Below are positions 1-9,220 of a DNA stretch of 64,000 nt, in pieces (position 1 is the stretch's first letter; each line of letters starts with the position of its first letter). Origin of the DNA: Gemmatimonadota bacterium (GTDB lineage Bacteria; Gemmatimonadota; Gemmatimonadetes; Gemmatimonadales; GWC2-71-9). The position numbers and the translations under genes were made by a program. Location of the stretch: contig JAZDCZ010000419.1 of NCBI GenBank assembly GCA_036679605.1, positions 32,001 to 96,000 on the forward strand. The letters run 5' to 3'. The notes under the pieces are model-generated. The model did not search any database, was not told where the DNA came from, and saw only the letters and a program-made list of their open reading frames with translations.

Positions 1-760
1 GAAGCAACACTGTACCGTCGCCCACCATGAGGTGGCGTGCGCCCCAAGTGATCAGAGAATCTCCTAGTTGGATCTGGAGCTGCCCGAAAAGCACAACTTG
101 GTCGCCGTTACCGCCTGGTAGTATCTGAGAATTGGCTAGACCAAATGCCAATGCGATGAGGGCAATCACGAATCCCGCCCAAGGTCCCGCCGCCCCCACA
201 TCCATCAGTTGCCGACGATCTACCACCGGGCTCCTCAGTCGGATGAAAGCTCCGAAGGTCCCTATGAGGTTCATCCACGGAGGAGCCGGCAGAAAATAGG
301 GCGGCGATACGTCGATCGTATACCTTCGCGCAAGCACGTAATGACCCATTTCGTGAGCTAACAGAATGGCCATTAGGGCAATGGCGAAGTCGAGCCCCGC
401 CCCACCCCGAAGTTGCTTGACCCAGTCCAGAAGCGCTCTGCCCGCAAAAGCGAAGTCGTGCAGGATCGGGATGGGCAGCGGCACTTGCACGCCCGACAGT
501 AGTGCTCCACCCATCCAAACCGTCAGGAACGACACCACAAACAGGACAATGTGGAGCCACCACCGTTCCTTCTGCCGCGGAGACAAGCTGCGGATGAGCA
601 CTATTCTGGAATCGCCGTCGCCATCGGCCCAATAGTGAGATCCGGGCCACTCTGCCAGGGCTCTCCGAAGCTCCGCCGAGGGCGCTCGATGTTCCGGCGC
701 TACAACTCCGTCGACGATCTCTCTGTCCCGGACCACCATCGTCCGCCAGACACTCAGCAT
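1..760 (-). CDS. Site-2 protease family (M50) membrane metalloprotease, truncated by the window edge
   Basis: Hand translation from ATG at 760 (not in the ORF track): ...ALMAILLAHEMGHYVLAR...IGTFGAFIRLRSPVVDRRQLMDVGAAGPWAG. HExxH lies in a hydrophobic helix. Confidence 0.9.
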   Translation of the reverse strand, partial: MLSVWRTMVVRDREIVDGVVAPEHRAPSAELRRALAEWPGSHYWADGDGDSRIVLIRSLSPRQKERWWLHIVLFVVSFLTVWMGGALLSGVQVPLPIPILHDFAFAGRALLDWVKQLRGGAGLDFAIALMAILLAHEMGHYVLARRYTIDVSPPYFLPAPPWMNLIGTFGAFIRLRSPVVDRRQLMDVGAAGPWAGFVIALIALAFGLANSQILPGGNGDQVVLFGQLQIQLGDSLITWGARHLMVGDGTVLL

Positions 761-786
761 GCCACCAAGAGGTATCATTGGGCCCC

Positions 787-815
787 TTGACGGCTCACGG
801 AATCGGTCATATGAT
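787..815 (+). promoter_or_regulatory. sigma70-type promoter for rho
   Basis: TTGACG (787-792), 17-nt spacer, TATGAT (810-815). Confidence 0.75.
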
Positions 816-928
816 AACGTACTTTCAAAGTAAGAAATCCCCAACTGAAATCTGACCTGGTTGCGTCCGCGAAACCCCTGAGCGGGCACTAGTGATCTCG
901 CTCACCGCAGCACGACCCCCCCCCCGAA

Positions 929-2194
929 ATGGAGTCCCATCCCGTGGACATTGCAGAACTGAAGAAGAAATCGATAGCAGAACTACACGACATGGCCGAC
1001 GAGATGAACATCACGAACTATTCCGGCCTACGCAAGCAGGATCTCATCTTCAGGATAGAACAGTCGCTTCTCGACTCCGACACAGTATTGCGTGGGGAGG
1101 GAGTGCTCGAAATCCTGCCGGAGGGCTACGGATTCCTCCGCAGTCAAGACTGGAGTTATCTGTACGGGCCCGACGATATCTACGTGAGTCCCAGTCAGAT
1201 CAAGCGGTTCGATCTGCGAACGGGCGACACGATTCTTGGTCAGGTACGTCCTCCAAAGGATGGCGAACGTTATCTGGCACTACTCAAGGTCGAGAAAGTC
1301 AATTTTGACGAGCCCAACAATGCAAAGCACAGAATTGCGTTTGACAATTTACGACCGCGCTATCCAGACACCCGTATCAAACTCGAGCGAGCCGACGGCG
1401 ATCTTTCAATGCGGGTTGTCGACATCTTGTCGCCAATTGGCTGCGGGCAGCGCGGTCTCATCGTAGCACCCCCAAAAGCGGGCAAGACGATTCTCCTCCA
1501 AAAGCTAGCGAATTCTATAGCCGAGAATCGGCCCGATGCCACGTTGATCGTATTGCTGATCGACGAGCGTCCGGAAGAAGTCACCGACATGGAGGAACAC
1601 GTAAAGGCAGAGGTGATTTCTTCCACGTTCGACGAACCTGCTGATCGACACGTACAGGTCGCCGACATGGTTCTTGAAAAGGCGCGCAGGTTGGTAGAGC
1701 ACCAACGCGACGTGGTCATTTTGCTGGATTCCATTACCCGGTTGGCCCGAGCACACAACGTGGTTATTCCTCACTCCGGAAAAATTCTATCTGGAGGAGT
1801 AGACGCGAACGCTCTACAGAAACCCAAGAGATTCTTCGGAGCGGCCCGCAACATAGAGGGTGGAGGATCGCTCACTATCATCGCTACTGCCCTGATCGAG
1901 ACAGGCAGCCGAATGGACGAGGTGATTTTCGAGGAATTCAAGGGTACGGGCAATATGGAATTGGTGCTTGACCGCAAGATCGCCGATCGTAGAATCTATC
2001 CGGCTATCGACGTGCAGCGGAGTTCCACTCGAAAAGAGGAACTCTTGCTGGACAAGGAAGAGCTGAACAAGACATATTTGCTGCGAAACTTCCTCGCCGA
2101 TATGCCTACGGTTGAGGCGATCGAGTTCCTAATCGAGCGCATCAAGCGGACCAAGACGAACGACGAGTTTTACGCCAGTATGCAACAGGGGTGA
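929..2194 (+). CDS. rho: Transcription termination factor Rho
   Basis: GYGFLR and [12 protein letters not shown]-binding motifs; [16 protein letters not shown]-loop; [11 protein letters not shown]. Confidence 0.99.
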   Translation: MESHPVDIAELKKKSIAELHDMADEMNITNYSGLRKQDLIFRIEQSLLDSDTVLRGEGVLEILPEGYGFLRSQDWSYLYGPDDIYVSPSQIKRFDLRTGDTILGQVRPPKDGERYLALLKVEKVNFDEPNNAKHRIAFDNLRPRYPDTRIKLERADGDLSMRVVDILSPIGCGQRGLIVAPPKAGKTILLQKLANSIAENRPDATLIVLLIDERPEEVTDMEEHVKAEVISSTFDEPADRHVQVADMVLEKARRLVEHQRDVVILLDSITRLARAHNVVIPHSGKILSGGVDANALQKPKRFFGAARNIEGGGSLTIIATALIETGSRMDEVIFEEFKGTGNMELVLDRKIADRRIYPAIDVQRSSTRKEELLLDKEELNKTYLLRNFLADMPTVEAIEFLIERIKRTKTNDEFYASMQQG

Positions 2195-2676
2195 CCGACC
2201 AAGCGACACTTGGTGACACCGGCAGCGACACCCCGAAGAGTACGTCGCTTCCGTCAGACGGTCGCCTGCTCGCGATCGACCTTGGTGAGAAGCGGATTGG
2301 TCTGGCTCTATCTGATCCGTCACAACAACTAGCGCAGCCACTGGTCACGTTGACTCGACGCACCGGAAAGCGATTCCCCTTCAACAAACTGCGGACATAC
2401 ATCGAGGCCAATACCCCCGTCGGCATCGTGATCGGCCTACCCTTCGACGCAAGCGGTGAGGAAAACGAGCGAACAGCGACAGCACGTGAAGTGGGCGATC
2501 TCGTTGCCATAAAGACTGGGCTCCCCATAACATTCTGGGACGAGCGCATGACCACGGCACGAGTCCTAAGCAGTATCAAGGAACTCCACGGCAAGATGCG
2601 CGGAAGAAAGAGCGATGTGGATGCCCTCGCTGCAACCGTTATCCTACAGACCTTTCTCGAAAGTAGGCGGCGGTGA
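2191..2676 (+). CDS. ruvX: YqgF/RuvX family nuclease
   Basis: [39 protein letters not shown]. Confidence 0.95.
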   Translation: MTDQATLGDTGSDTPKSTSLPSDGRLLAIDLGEKRIGLALSDPSQQLAQPLVTLTRRTGKRFPFNKLRTYIEANTPVGIVIGLPFDASGEENERTATAREVGDLVAIKTGLPITFWDERMTTARVLSSIKELHGKMRGRKSDVDALAATVILQTFLESRRR

Positions 2677-3659
2677 ATCTCCGTATTCCCAGTTGCATCG
2701 GACTAGCCGTGATCATCGCGTGTGGCGGTTCGACTCCTGGCGGTGACCCCGTGCTCGTTACGATTCCCCGCGGCGCGTCGCTCAGTGCAGTGGTCGACAC
2801 TCTTTCCGCACATCGTGTTACGGATTCTCCCCGCTTGTTCAAGTTCTACGCCACCGTCACCGGGAGACAGCGAGAGATTCAAGCCGGGACATACCTCTTT
2901 CGACCGGGCACTTCCATACGCCGGGTGCTCAGTACCCTCGTGGCGGGCCAAGAGGCCCTTGTTCCAATGGTATTACCGGAAGGATTGATGTTATCCGAAG
3001 TTGCAGAGAGAATCTCGCAGCAGATTGGCCTTGATCCAGATAGCATTATCCAGGCAGCAAAAGACACTGCGTTGCGGCGGCAGCTTGCGGTGCCCGCCCC
3101 AACCCTTGAAGGCTACCTCTATCCGAGCACCTACTACGTTAGGAGGAACGCGAACGCTCAGGAGCTGGTCCGGCAGATGGTGAACGAGTTCGAGCTGCGT
3201 TGGCGTCCCGAGTGGAACGCGCGGCTCGATTCGCTGGCAATGACCCGACACGAACTAGTCACACTTGCATCCATAGTTGAGGGCGAAGTGCGATACACAC
3301 CGGACCGGAAATTTGTGGCGTCCGTTTACAGCAACCGACTTCGACGGAGAATGCGGCTTCAGGCCGACCCGACCGTTATCTACGCACTCGGGAGACGCCG
3401 ACGACTGTTTCAGAAGGACTATCAGACGCCTTCGCCATACAACACATATCTGATCGACGGCCTCCCGCCAGGACCGATTACGCAACCATCTGTCGCTAGC
3501 ATGGAAGCCGCCCTTTGGCCTGCCAGGACGAATTTCCTGTTTTTTGTGGCGCGACCAGACGGGAAGCATGTCTTTTCCAGATCGCTGCGCGAGCATCAAG
3601 CAGCAGTGCGCACGATCCGGCGTCAGGAAGTCGAGTTGGGATTGAGACCGCCTCGCTAG
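2673..3659 (+). CDS. mltG: Endolytic transglycosylase MltG
   Basis: LEGYLYPSTY, LASIVEGE, RLQADPTVIY, SPYNTY..GLPPGPI; follows ruvX. Confidence 0.95.
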   Translation: MNLRIPSCIGLAVIIACGGSTPGGDPVLVTIPRGASLSAVVDTLSAHRVTDSPRLFKFYATVTGRQREIQAGTYLFRPGTSIRRVLSTLVAGQEALVPMVLPEGLMLSEVAERISQQIGLDPDSIIQAAKDTALRRQLAVPAPTLEGYLYPSTYYVRRNANAQELVRQMVNEFELRWRPEWNARLDSLAMTRHELVTLASIVEGEVRYTPDRKFVASVYSNRLRRRMRLQADPTVIYALGRRRRLFQKDYQTPSPYNTYLIDGLPPGPITQPSVASMEAALWPARTNFLFFVARPDGKHVFSRSLREHQAAVRTIRRQEVELGLRPPR

Positions 3660-4285
3660 ACAAAGGTCCGAGTATCAATGCTCGTGCGAAGCGCTCGTGC
3701 CGCCACTTCAATGTCGGTCGCAGCGAAAATACCGCTGCTCACTGCAATACCCTGCGCGCCCGCATCGAAAATTTCGCCGGCATTGTGAATCGTTACTCCT
3801 CCTATGGCGATAACAGGAGTGCTGTGCTGAGATCTTGCAGCAAGAGCCCGGAACCCTATTGGCCCAATCGCGGGTCCCGCATCGAGCTTGGTGGACGTTG
3901 GAAAGACAGGACCTACACTCCAGTAGTCGACATCTGCATTGGCGGCAGTGTGAGCTTCTTCCGGCGAGCCGACGGAGATTCCGATTCTGAACTGATGGGG
4001 GACTACGGGTCGCAGCTCGATCGGGTCAAGATCCTCAGCTCCAAGATGTACACCATGTGCTCCGGCAGCCAGAGCGATATCGGCCCGATCGTTTACGTAG
4101 ATTGGAACTTGCAGAACCCTTAGGAGTTGCTCCGAAAGCCTTAGAATCTCCAAGGCAGGTGCCCTCTTCAGCCGAAGCTGTACGGCAGTTATGCCACCGG
4201 CCTCCGCGGCCTGGCAGGACGCCACGATGGACGATAGGTCAACCACCGGCGGGCCTACAACGGCAAGGAAACGAACGTCAAACAT
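3656..4285 (-). CDS. thiE: Thiamine phosphate synthase
   Basis: VQLRLK, VNDRADIA, GVHLG, PVFPTSTK, IAIGG; ATG at 4285 chosen over the upstream TTG. Confidence 0.9.
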   Translation of the reverse strand: MFDVRFLAVVGPPVVDLSSIVASCQAAEAGGITAVQLRLKRAPALEILRLSEQLLRVLQVPIYVNDRADIALAAGAHGVHLGAEDLDPIELRPVVPHQFRIGISVGSPEEAHTAANADVDYWSVGPVFPTSTKLDAGPAIGPIGFRALAARSQHSTPVIAIGGVTIHNAGEIFDAGAQGIAVSSGIFAATDIEVAARALRTSIDTRTFV

Positions 4286-4299
4286 TGAGAGGTGCAAAG

Positions 4300-4656
4300 A
4301 TGGCGGTACGCGGGATCCGAGGTGCTACGGTCGTGACCGAAGATCGAAGTGAACTCGTCCTAGCTGCGACACGGGAGTTGCTTGAGATAATCGTTGCTGA
4401 AAACGGGATTCCAATCGAAGAGGTTGCGAGTGTGATCTTTACCGTGACCCCCGACCTCTCGAGCGAATACCCGGCTCGCGCTGCAAGATCCCTCAGCTGG
4501 GACCACGTAGCACTGCTCGGCGCCACCGAGGTCGCGGTACCCGGCGGACTACCACGCTGCATCCGGGTTCTTCTCCACGTCAATACCGACAAACCGGCAT
4601 CGGCCCTCAAGCATGTCTACCTGAGAGAAGCCCGCGAGCTGAGACCTGACCGGTGA
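4300..4656 (+). CDS. aroH: AroH-type chorismate mutase
   Basis: MAVRGIRGAT...FTVTPDL..EYPARAAR...CIRVLLH...HVYL..A.ELRPD; SD GAGAGG upstream. Confidence 0.95.
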   Translation: MAVRGIRGATVVTEDRSELVLAATRELLEIIVAENGIPIEEVASVIFTVTPDLSSEYPARAARSLSWDHVALLGATEVAVPGGLPRCIRVLLHVNTDKPASALKHVYLREARELRPDR

Positions 4657-5340
4657 CCGGACGTTCTTCTCCTGACCTCCGGGGCCGGCGCCGGGAGGGT
4701 CTGCTCCGTCATCTGATTGCCAGAACACCGTCACGCCCTGGACCGGAATATCTACTCGTCGCAACCAACCATCCTGATCCATAGAAACGTTCATTTCGAC
4801 TCGTGCCGCCTTGACCCTCGCCTCTGTCGGCGACGAAAACTCGACCTCCAAAGAGACAACTCCGTTGCCCTCCGGCACCCAAGCGCTCCAAACCTGGCCA
4901 CCGCCAACATCGCGATCGTAGCGCAGCAAATGCACGGCGAGCTGAGAGAACACGAGGTTCTGCAAAAACGAGTATGGTTGGGTCAGAGGCGTCGAGCCAG
5001 AAGTATCGCCTGACTTTGCCCGAACACTCCATTCGGCGGCAGTGCCGGTGAAGGAGACGTCTATGCGTTGTACGGGCTCCGCTCCACCACCGGTTCGGAC
5101 GTCCGCGTGGTAAGTGAGGGGAGCAAGAGACGAATCATACGCCGCCGTAAACTCCAGGCTAATACCCTGAACCGTCACATCCAGCGTTCCCACCAAGCGC
5201 CGTCCCGTAAATTCGTACTTCTCCCTAGCGATCTCCGTTTCCCCCTGCATAATGATGTAGATGCCTCGCTGAGGAGCCTGGCCCCAAACCTCTGCCGGAA
5301 GCAGCAGCACGAACAACGCTAGAGCAGCTCGATAAAACAT
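4549..5340 (-). CDS. Hypothetical secreted beta-rich protein
   Basis: Signal peptide MFYRAALALFVLLLPAEVWG; SD GGGAGG; 3' end overlaps aroH in antisense. Confidence 0.7.
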   Translation of the reverse strand: MFYRAALALFVLLLPAEVWGQAPQRGIYIIMQGETEIAREKYEFTGRRLVGTLDVTVQGISLEFTAAYDSSLAPLTYHADVRTGGGAEPVQRIDVSFTGTAAEWSVRAKSGDTSGSTPLTQPYSFLQNLVFSQLAVHLLRYDRDVGGGQVWSAWVPEGNGVVSLEVEFSSPTEARVKAARVEMNVSMDQDGWLRRVDIPVQGVTVFWQSDDGADPPGAGPGGQEKNVRSPVRSQLAGFSQVDMLEGRCRFVGIDVEKNPDAAW

Positions 5341-5530
5341 TCTCTTTCCTCCCTGTAGCGCCCATACAATCGGCGGGCAAACCGATTACACACGTAGACT
5401 CCCGGAGAAGAGTCCTGCGTCGAGCCCTCCCTGGGACACCGGAGATAGTGTGAGATCGATGGGAAGGCCATAGGATCCGTCGCCGGTCGGGTCTGCCAGC
5501 GCCCGAAAAACACGGTCTTTCAAAGGCTAA

Positions 5531-5552
5531 AACTTAGACAATCATCTAAATT
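5531..5552. promoter_or_regulatory. Palindromic operator candidate between divergent genes
   Basis: AACTTAGA-CAATCA-TCTAAATT (8-6-8, one mismatch), adjoining a minus-strand TATAAT. Confidence 0.4.
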
Positions 5553-5624
5553 ATACAAGCGTGGAACGTCGTCTTGCCTCACTCAGCGTTGACAGCTTCC
5601 GCCGTCGAGGGCAGCTTGGTGTGC

Positions 5625-6503
5625 ATGTCGGACGCCCGTTCCACCACCGCACAGCGTGCTGCACGGGTCCGGCGAGTTCTAGTCGGCATTCTAGTCGCCA
5701 ATCTCGTTGTGGTCGGCGCCAAGTTCATGATCGGACTGCGGACGGGCTCGCTCGCCGTGATGGGGGATGTGGTGCACTCATCAGTCGACGCGTTGAACAA
5801 CGTCCTAGCACTGGGCGTGATGGCAATAGCTGCCCGCGGGCCTGATGAGGATCACCCATACGGCCACCAAAAGTTCGAGACCCTCGGGGCGCTTGCAATC
5901 GTTGGGTTTCTTTCGATTAGCGGATTCGAACTAGTTAGAGGTGCGATACACCGGCTGGTAGTTGGCGCGCCGCCATTGAGTGTTAGCGGGATTCAGATCC
6001 TTGTCTTGATCGGGACGCTCATAGTGAACACGATTGTAGCAGTATACGAGTCTCGTCGGGGAAATCAGCTGAACAGTGAGATCCTGTTGGCGGACGCCGC
6101 TCATACCAAGGCCGACGTGCTGATCACTATCGGTGTGCTTGCTGGAGTCCTACTAGCCGGACGCGGAATCTCTTGGGCGGATCCAATCGTAGCGCTGGTC
6201 GTGGCCTGTGTGATCGTCGTTCTAGCCTATGGGATCGTGGCCCGATCCATCCCGGTCTTGGTAGATCAACACGTTATGCCTTCGAATCGAATTCGGTCGT
6301 CGGCTGAGTCGGTGGATGGGGTTATCCGCGCATACGGCATACGCTCGCGTGGCTCCAGGGATCTTGCCTTCGCAGAACTCACTATAGCTGTAGATCGTGG
6401 GGCTAGCGTGGAGGCCGCTCATCATGTCGCCGACAAAGTCGAGCAGAGACTGCGAGAACACCTCTCATTGCACGAGATCATTGTGCACATCGAGCCATGC
6501 TGA
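5625..6503 (+). CDS. Cation diffusion facilitator family transporter (FieF-like)
   Basis: HSSVD, DEDHPYGHQKFE, HTKAD metal-site motifs; several TM helices plus C-terminal domain ending VHIEP; ATG at 5625. Confidence 0.93.
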   Translation: MSDARSTTAQRAARVRRVLVGILVANLVVVGAKFMIGLRTGSLAVMGDVVHSSVDALNNVLALGVMAIAARGPDEDHPYGHQKFETLGALAIVGFLSISGFELVRGAIHRLVVGAPPLSVSGIQILVLIGTLIVNTIVAVYESRRGNQLNSEILLADAAHTKADVLITIGVLAGVLLAGRGISWADPIVALVVACVIVVLAYGIVARSIPVLVDQHVMPSNRIRSSAESVDGVIRAYGIRSRGSRDLAFAELTIAVDRGASVEAAHHVADKVEQRLREHLSLHEIIVHIEPC

Positions 6504-7303
6504 GTTCGCCACGCCCGCGCGCCCGACCGGCACGGCCGCAATCCCTCCGGCAGGACTTTGAAGAGTTTGTCTTGCAAAGAATCGAGGAGTACAAGGAGCG
6601 GTTGTCACGGGAAAAACTCTTGGCGATCGCAGATGAAGCGGTGCGAGAATTGGAAGTCGCTTCCGAGGAGCAACTTGTACTCACCGAAGTACTCATTCTC
6701 GAGCACGTAGATCGTCTGATTACCCAAAGGTTGAATCTGCCTAGTTTCAGACGGTGGAGGAATCAACATATGAAGCAGCGTCAAGCACAGCGGAATCCTG
6801 CATACTGGGGACTGCAGGCAGGCTCGCCAGTACTTGACCTGGCACTCAGACTAGACGAGTCAGACGTAGCGATCACCGTTGGTAGCAGTTCATCCCGGGC
6901 GGCGTATTTGCTCGCCGCCTACGACTGGCCTGTCATTTTCATGGATCAGAGTATCAAGACCGTTGAGCGGGTCGAGACGAGGGCTGCTGAGGAGGGATTG
7001 GGAAGCCGGTTCAGCGCTTTGGTCGTGGCCTTCGGGACATGGTTCCCGGATACCACCCCAACACTAGGAGTGATCGACCCCAGCGTGGTCGCCGGTATGG
7101 ATGCGGATCTGCAAGATAGCTTTATCGATAGGTTCAAGGCTCTAACGTCCTCCGGAGGCATCCACATCGTGCTACCCGATCACAGAAGGGATGGCACGAT
7201 TACTCTCGCGGTGGAGTCTCTACTAGCCAGTTATTCTGACTGGTCTGTTCAGCACAGAAACGTCGACGACTCGACTCGGTTGCTCATCGCTGTCAAACCA
7301 TAG
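6497..7303 (+). CDS. Hypothetical protein, possibly with a degenerate SAM-methyltransferase-like C-terminal fold
   Basis: 268-aa ORF overlapping the CDF stop; helical N-terminus then alternating beta/alpha pattern. Confidence 0.7.
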   Translation: MLSSPRPRARPARPQSLRQDFEEFVLQRIEEYKERLSREKLLAIADEAVRELEVASEEQLVLTEVLILEHVDRLITQRLNLPSFRRWRNQHMKQRQAQRNPAYWGLQAGSPVLDLALRLDESDVAITVGSSSSRAAYLLAAYDWPVIFMDQSIKTVERVETRAAEEGLGSRFSALVVAFGTWFPDTTPTLGVIDPSVVAGMDADLQDSFIDRFKALTSSGGIHIVLPDHRRDGTITLAVESLLASYSDWSVQHRNVDDSTRLLIAVKP

Positions 7304-7316
7304 TCATACATAGACC

Positions 7317-7353
7317 GTTGCGGGGCCGGCAGCGTGCCGGCCCCATTTGCAAC
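7317..7353. terminator. GC-rich hairpin between convergent genes, possibly a bidirectional terminator
   Basis: GGGGCCGGCA-GCG-TGCCGGCCCC flanked by GTTGC/GCAAC. Confidence 0.6.
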
Positions 7354-7375
7354 GTACTGCAGGAAGCAACGTTGG

Positions 7376-7723
7376 TTAGCGGCGGCGCTTGGACCTACTC
7401 GCCTTGCGCTTTGTCGCCTTCTTACGCTTGGGTGCCTTGCGCTTTGTCGCCTTCCTACGCTTGGTCGCCTTCTTACGCTTGGGTGCCTTGCGCTTTGTCG
7501 CCTTCCTACGCTTGGTCGCCTTCTTGCGCTTGGGTGCCTTGCGCTTGGTCGCCTTCTTACGCTTGGTTGCCTTGCGCTTGGTTGCCTTGCGCTTGGTTGC
7601 CTTGCGCTTGGTTGCCTTACGCCTGGTCGCCTTACGCTTGGTTGCCTTGCGCTTGGGTGCCTTGCGCTTGGTTGCCTTACGCTTGGTCGCCTTACGCTTC
7701 TTAGCCTTTCGCTTGGCTGCCAT
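7376..7723 (-). CDS. Histone H1-like Lys/Arg-rich repeat protein (115 aa)
   Basis: MAAKRKAKKRKATKRKAT...; SD AGGAGG upstream of ATG at 7723. Confidence 0.85.
   Translation of the reverse strand: MAAKRKAKKRKATKRKATKRKAPKRKATKRKATRRKATKRKATKRKATKRKATKRKKATKRKAPKRKKATKRRKATKRKAPKRKKATKRRKATKRKAPKRKKATKRKASRSKRRR
7400..7700. repeat. Coding tandem repeat: 15-bp units (KRKAT/KRKAP) plus a 51-bp higher-order unit
   Basis: Recurrent gcttggttgccttgc variants; KRKAPKRKKATKRRKAT about 3 times. Confidence 0.9.
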
Positions 7724-7858
7724 GCTGGTCCTCCTGTGATAATACAACCCACCCGACGGGCGGGCCATGGTTACGAACGGCGCTCGTCGCCGTTCGGGCT
7801 CACTCCACTCCGCTGCTCACACAGTTCGCGTCCGTGTCTCTGAACCGCTCTCGCTTCG

Positions 7859-9208
7859 CTATACTGCCTCCGACACGGAAGTGAAGTGAAAATCACGCGC
7901 GATGAGGGGCGGAACTACTACCGGTGTACCCAAACCGCCGGATTCGGACGCCACCACTCGCACCGATGAACCTATCGCATGCAGATTATTCAACATTGCG
8001 ATTGGACTCTCGTTGAATCGCAAGTTGTTCACTGGCCTGGTAACCCTTCCGTCCTGGATAAGGAAAACACCATCGCGGGTAATGCCCGTGAACAACATCG
8101 TTCTCTGATCGACGGCCCGGATATACCAAAAACGCGTAACTAGAAGACCCTGATCGACCATCTGTATGAGGTCTTCGGTCGTGCCGCTACCACCAATCAG
8201 TTTCAATCCACCGGCAAGGGGTCTCGGATCTTTGTCTTGCCGGTCGGCCCAGAACCTCGTATAAGCCAAGCTGCTCAACACACCGTTCTCAATCCAACTC
8301 GTCTTACCAACGGGCTCGCCGTCCGAGGTAAACGGACGCGTCAGCAAATCGGGATCGGAAGAATCCGAGAACAGCGTTAACCGCTCATCAATCACCACAT
8401 CACCGGTCTTGGTACCTCCACCCTGTTGCGAGAAAAACGAACGACCTTCGTCTGCCGCGCGCGCATCGAGTGAGAAGCGAAGTAGCTGCACCAGATTGCC
8501 CACTGCTGTGGGCTCCAACACGACGGTATATGCCCCCGGGTTAATCGGCGAAGCCTCGGCGCTTTTTCGTGCCTTCTCTATAGCCTGCTCGGCCAGTTGG
8601 TCCCCCGGGATCATCTGCTCCCGATCGTTGTGTGTCGTCCCCGCCCACCCCGACCCCTTCCCATCGGCGGTTCGAACTGTGGTTGTAAAGGAGGCCAATG
8701 AGGATTTGTGGTAGGCAAACAATCCAGTCGTGTTAGCTGCCGAACTTGAGCCGGCCCGCTCTTGAATGAACCCTGTGGCTATGAGAGAGGCGGCATCCGC
8801 CGGATCGGCAACCGATTTCACCGCTTCAACACGCTGGCTCGCAGAAAAATCGCTGGTGGATGCGAAGAATGCTTGGTTTTCGTCATAAGACTGGGATCCA
8901 AGAAGCGGCATGCGCTCTGGATCGGAGGGCGCCACTTTCGCCAAGGACTCGGCCCGCGCGACAGCAACAGTAATGCCTTGATCGCTTAGGTCGTTGAATT
9001 CCACCGACCCGCTCCGTTGTCCATAGATCGCGGTGACCGTGGCCCGGGAGTCGATCGACTCTCCGGCGGTGGTGATCTGGTTTCGCGCGAACCTAGTGAA
9101 TCCGCTCGGCCCCGAAGAGAGGATCACCTGGGCTTCATCTGCCGCACTGCTCTCCAATATCTTGTCGGAAAGGGCACGCGCTTCCTCTCTCGTGAAGTAG
9201 TCGGCCAT
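7859..9208 (-). CDS. TldE/PmbA family protein
   Basis: TRFARNQIT, PGAYTVVLEP.AV, FTGITRDG.FLI.DG...PV.NLRFNES; follows tldD. Confidence 0.9.
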   Translation of the reverse strand: MADYFTREEARALSDKILESSAADEAQVILSSGPSGFTRFARNQITTAGESIDSRATVTAIYGQRSGSVEFNDLSDQGITVAVARAESLAKVAPSDPERMPLLGSQSYDENQAFFASTSDFSASQRVEAVKSVADPADAASLIATGFIQERAGSSSAANTTGLFAYHKSSLASFTTTVRTADGKGSGWAGTTHNDREQMIPGDQLAEQAIEKARKSAEASPINPGAYTVVLEPTAVGNLVQLLRFSLDARAADEGRSFFSQQGGGTKTGDVVIDERLTLFSDSSDPDLLTRPFTSDGEPVGKTSWIENGVLSSLAYTRFWADRQDKDPRPLAGGLKLIGGSGTTEDLIQMVDQGLLVTRFWYIRAVDQRTMLFTGITRDGVFLIQDGRVTRPVNNLRFNESPIAMLNNLHAIGSSVRVVASESGGLGTPVVVPPLIARDFHFTSVSEAV

Positions 9209-9220
9209 TAACTCACTCGT

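Noticed and set aside
108..790. ORF-track ORFs 108..650, 366..635 and 551..790
   Set aside because: They are shadows of the M50 protease frame, which runs off the window edge.
4286..4660. TPP riboswitch upstream of thiE
   Set aside because: The region is aroH coding sequence, and I found no convincing TPP aptamer core on the thiE strand.
7249..7843. Several long ORFs in other frames over the repeat, and a possible CRISPR array
   Set aside because: The repeats are tandem with no unique spacers. The other frames are open only because the unit lacks stop codons, and only the K/R frame has a strong SD.
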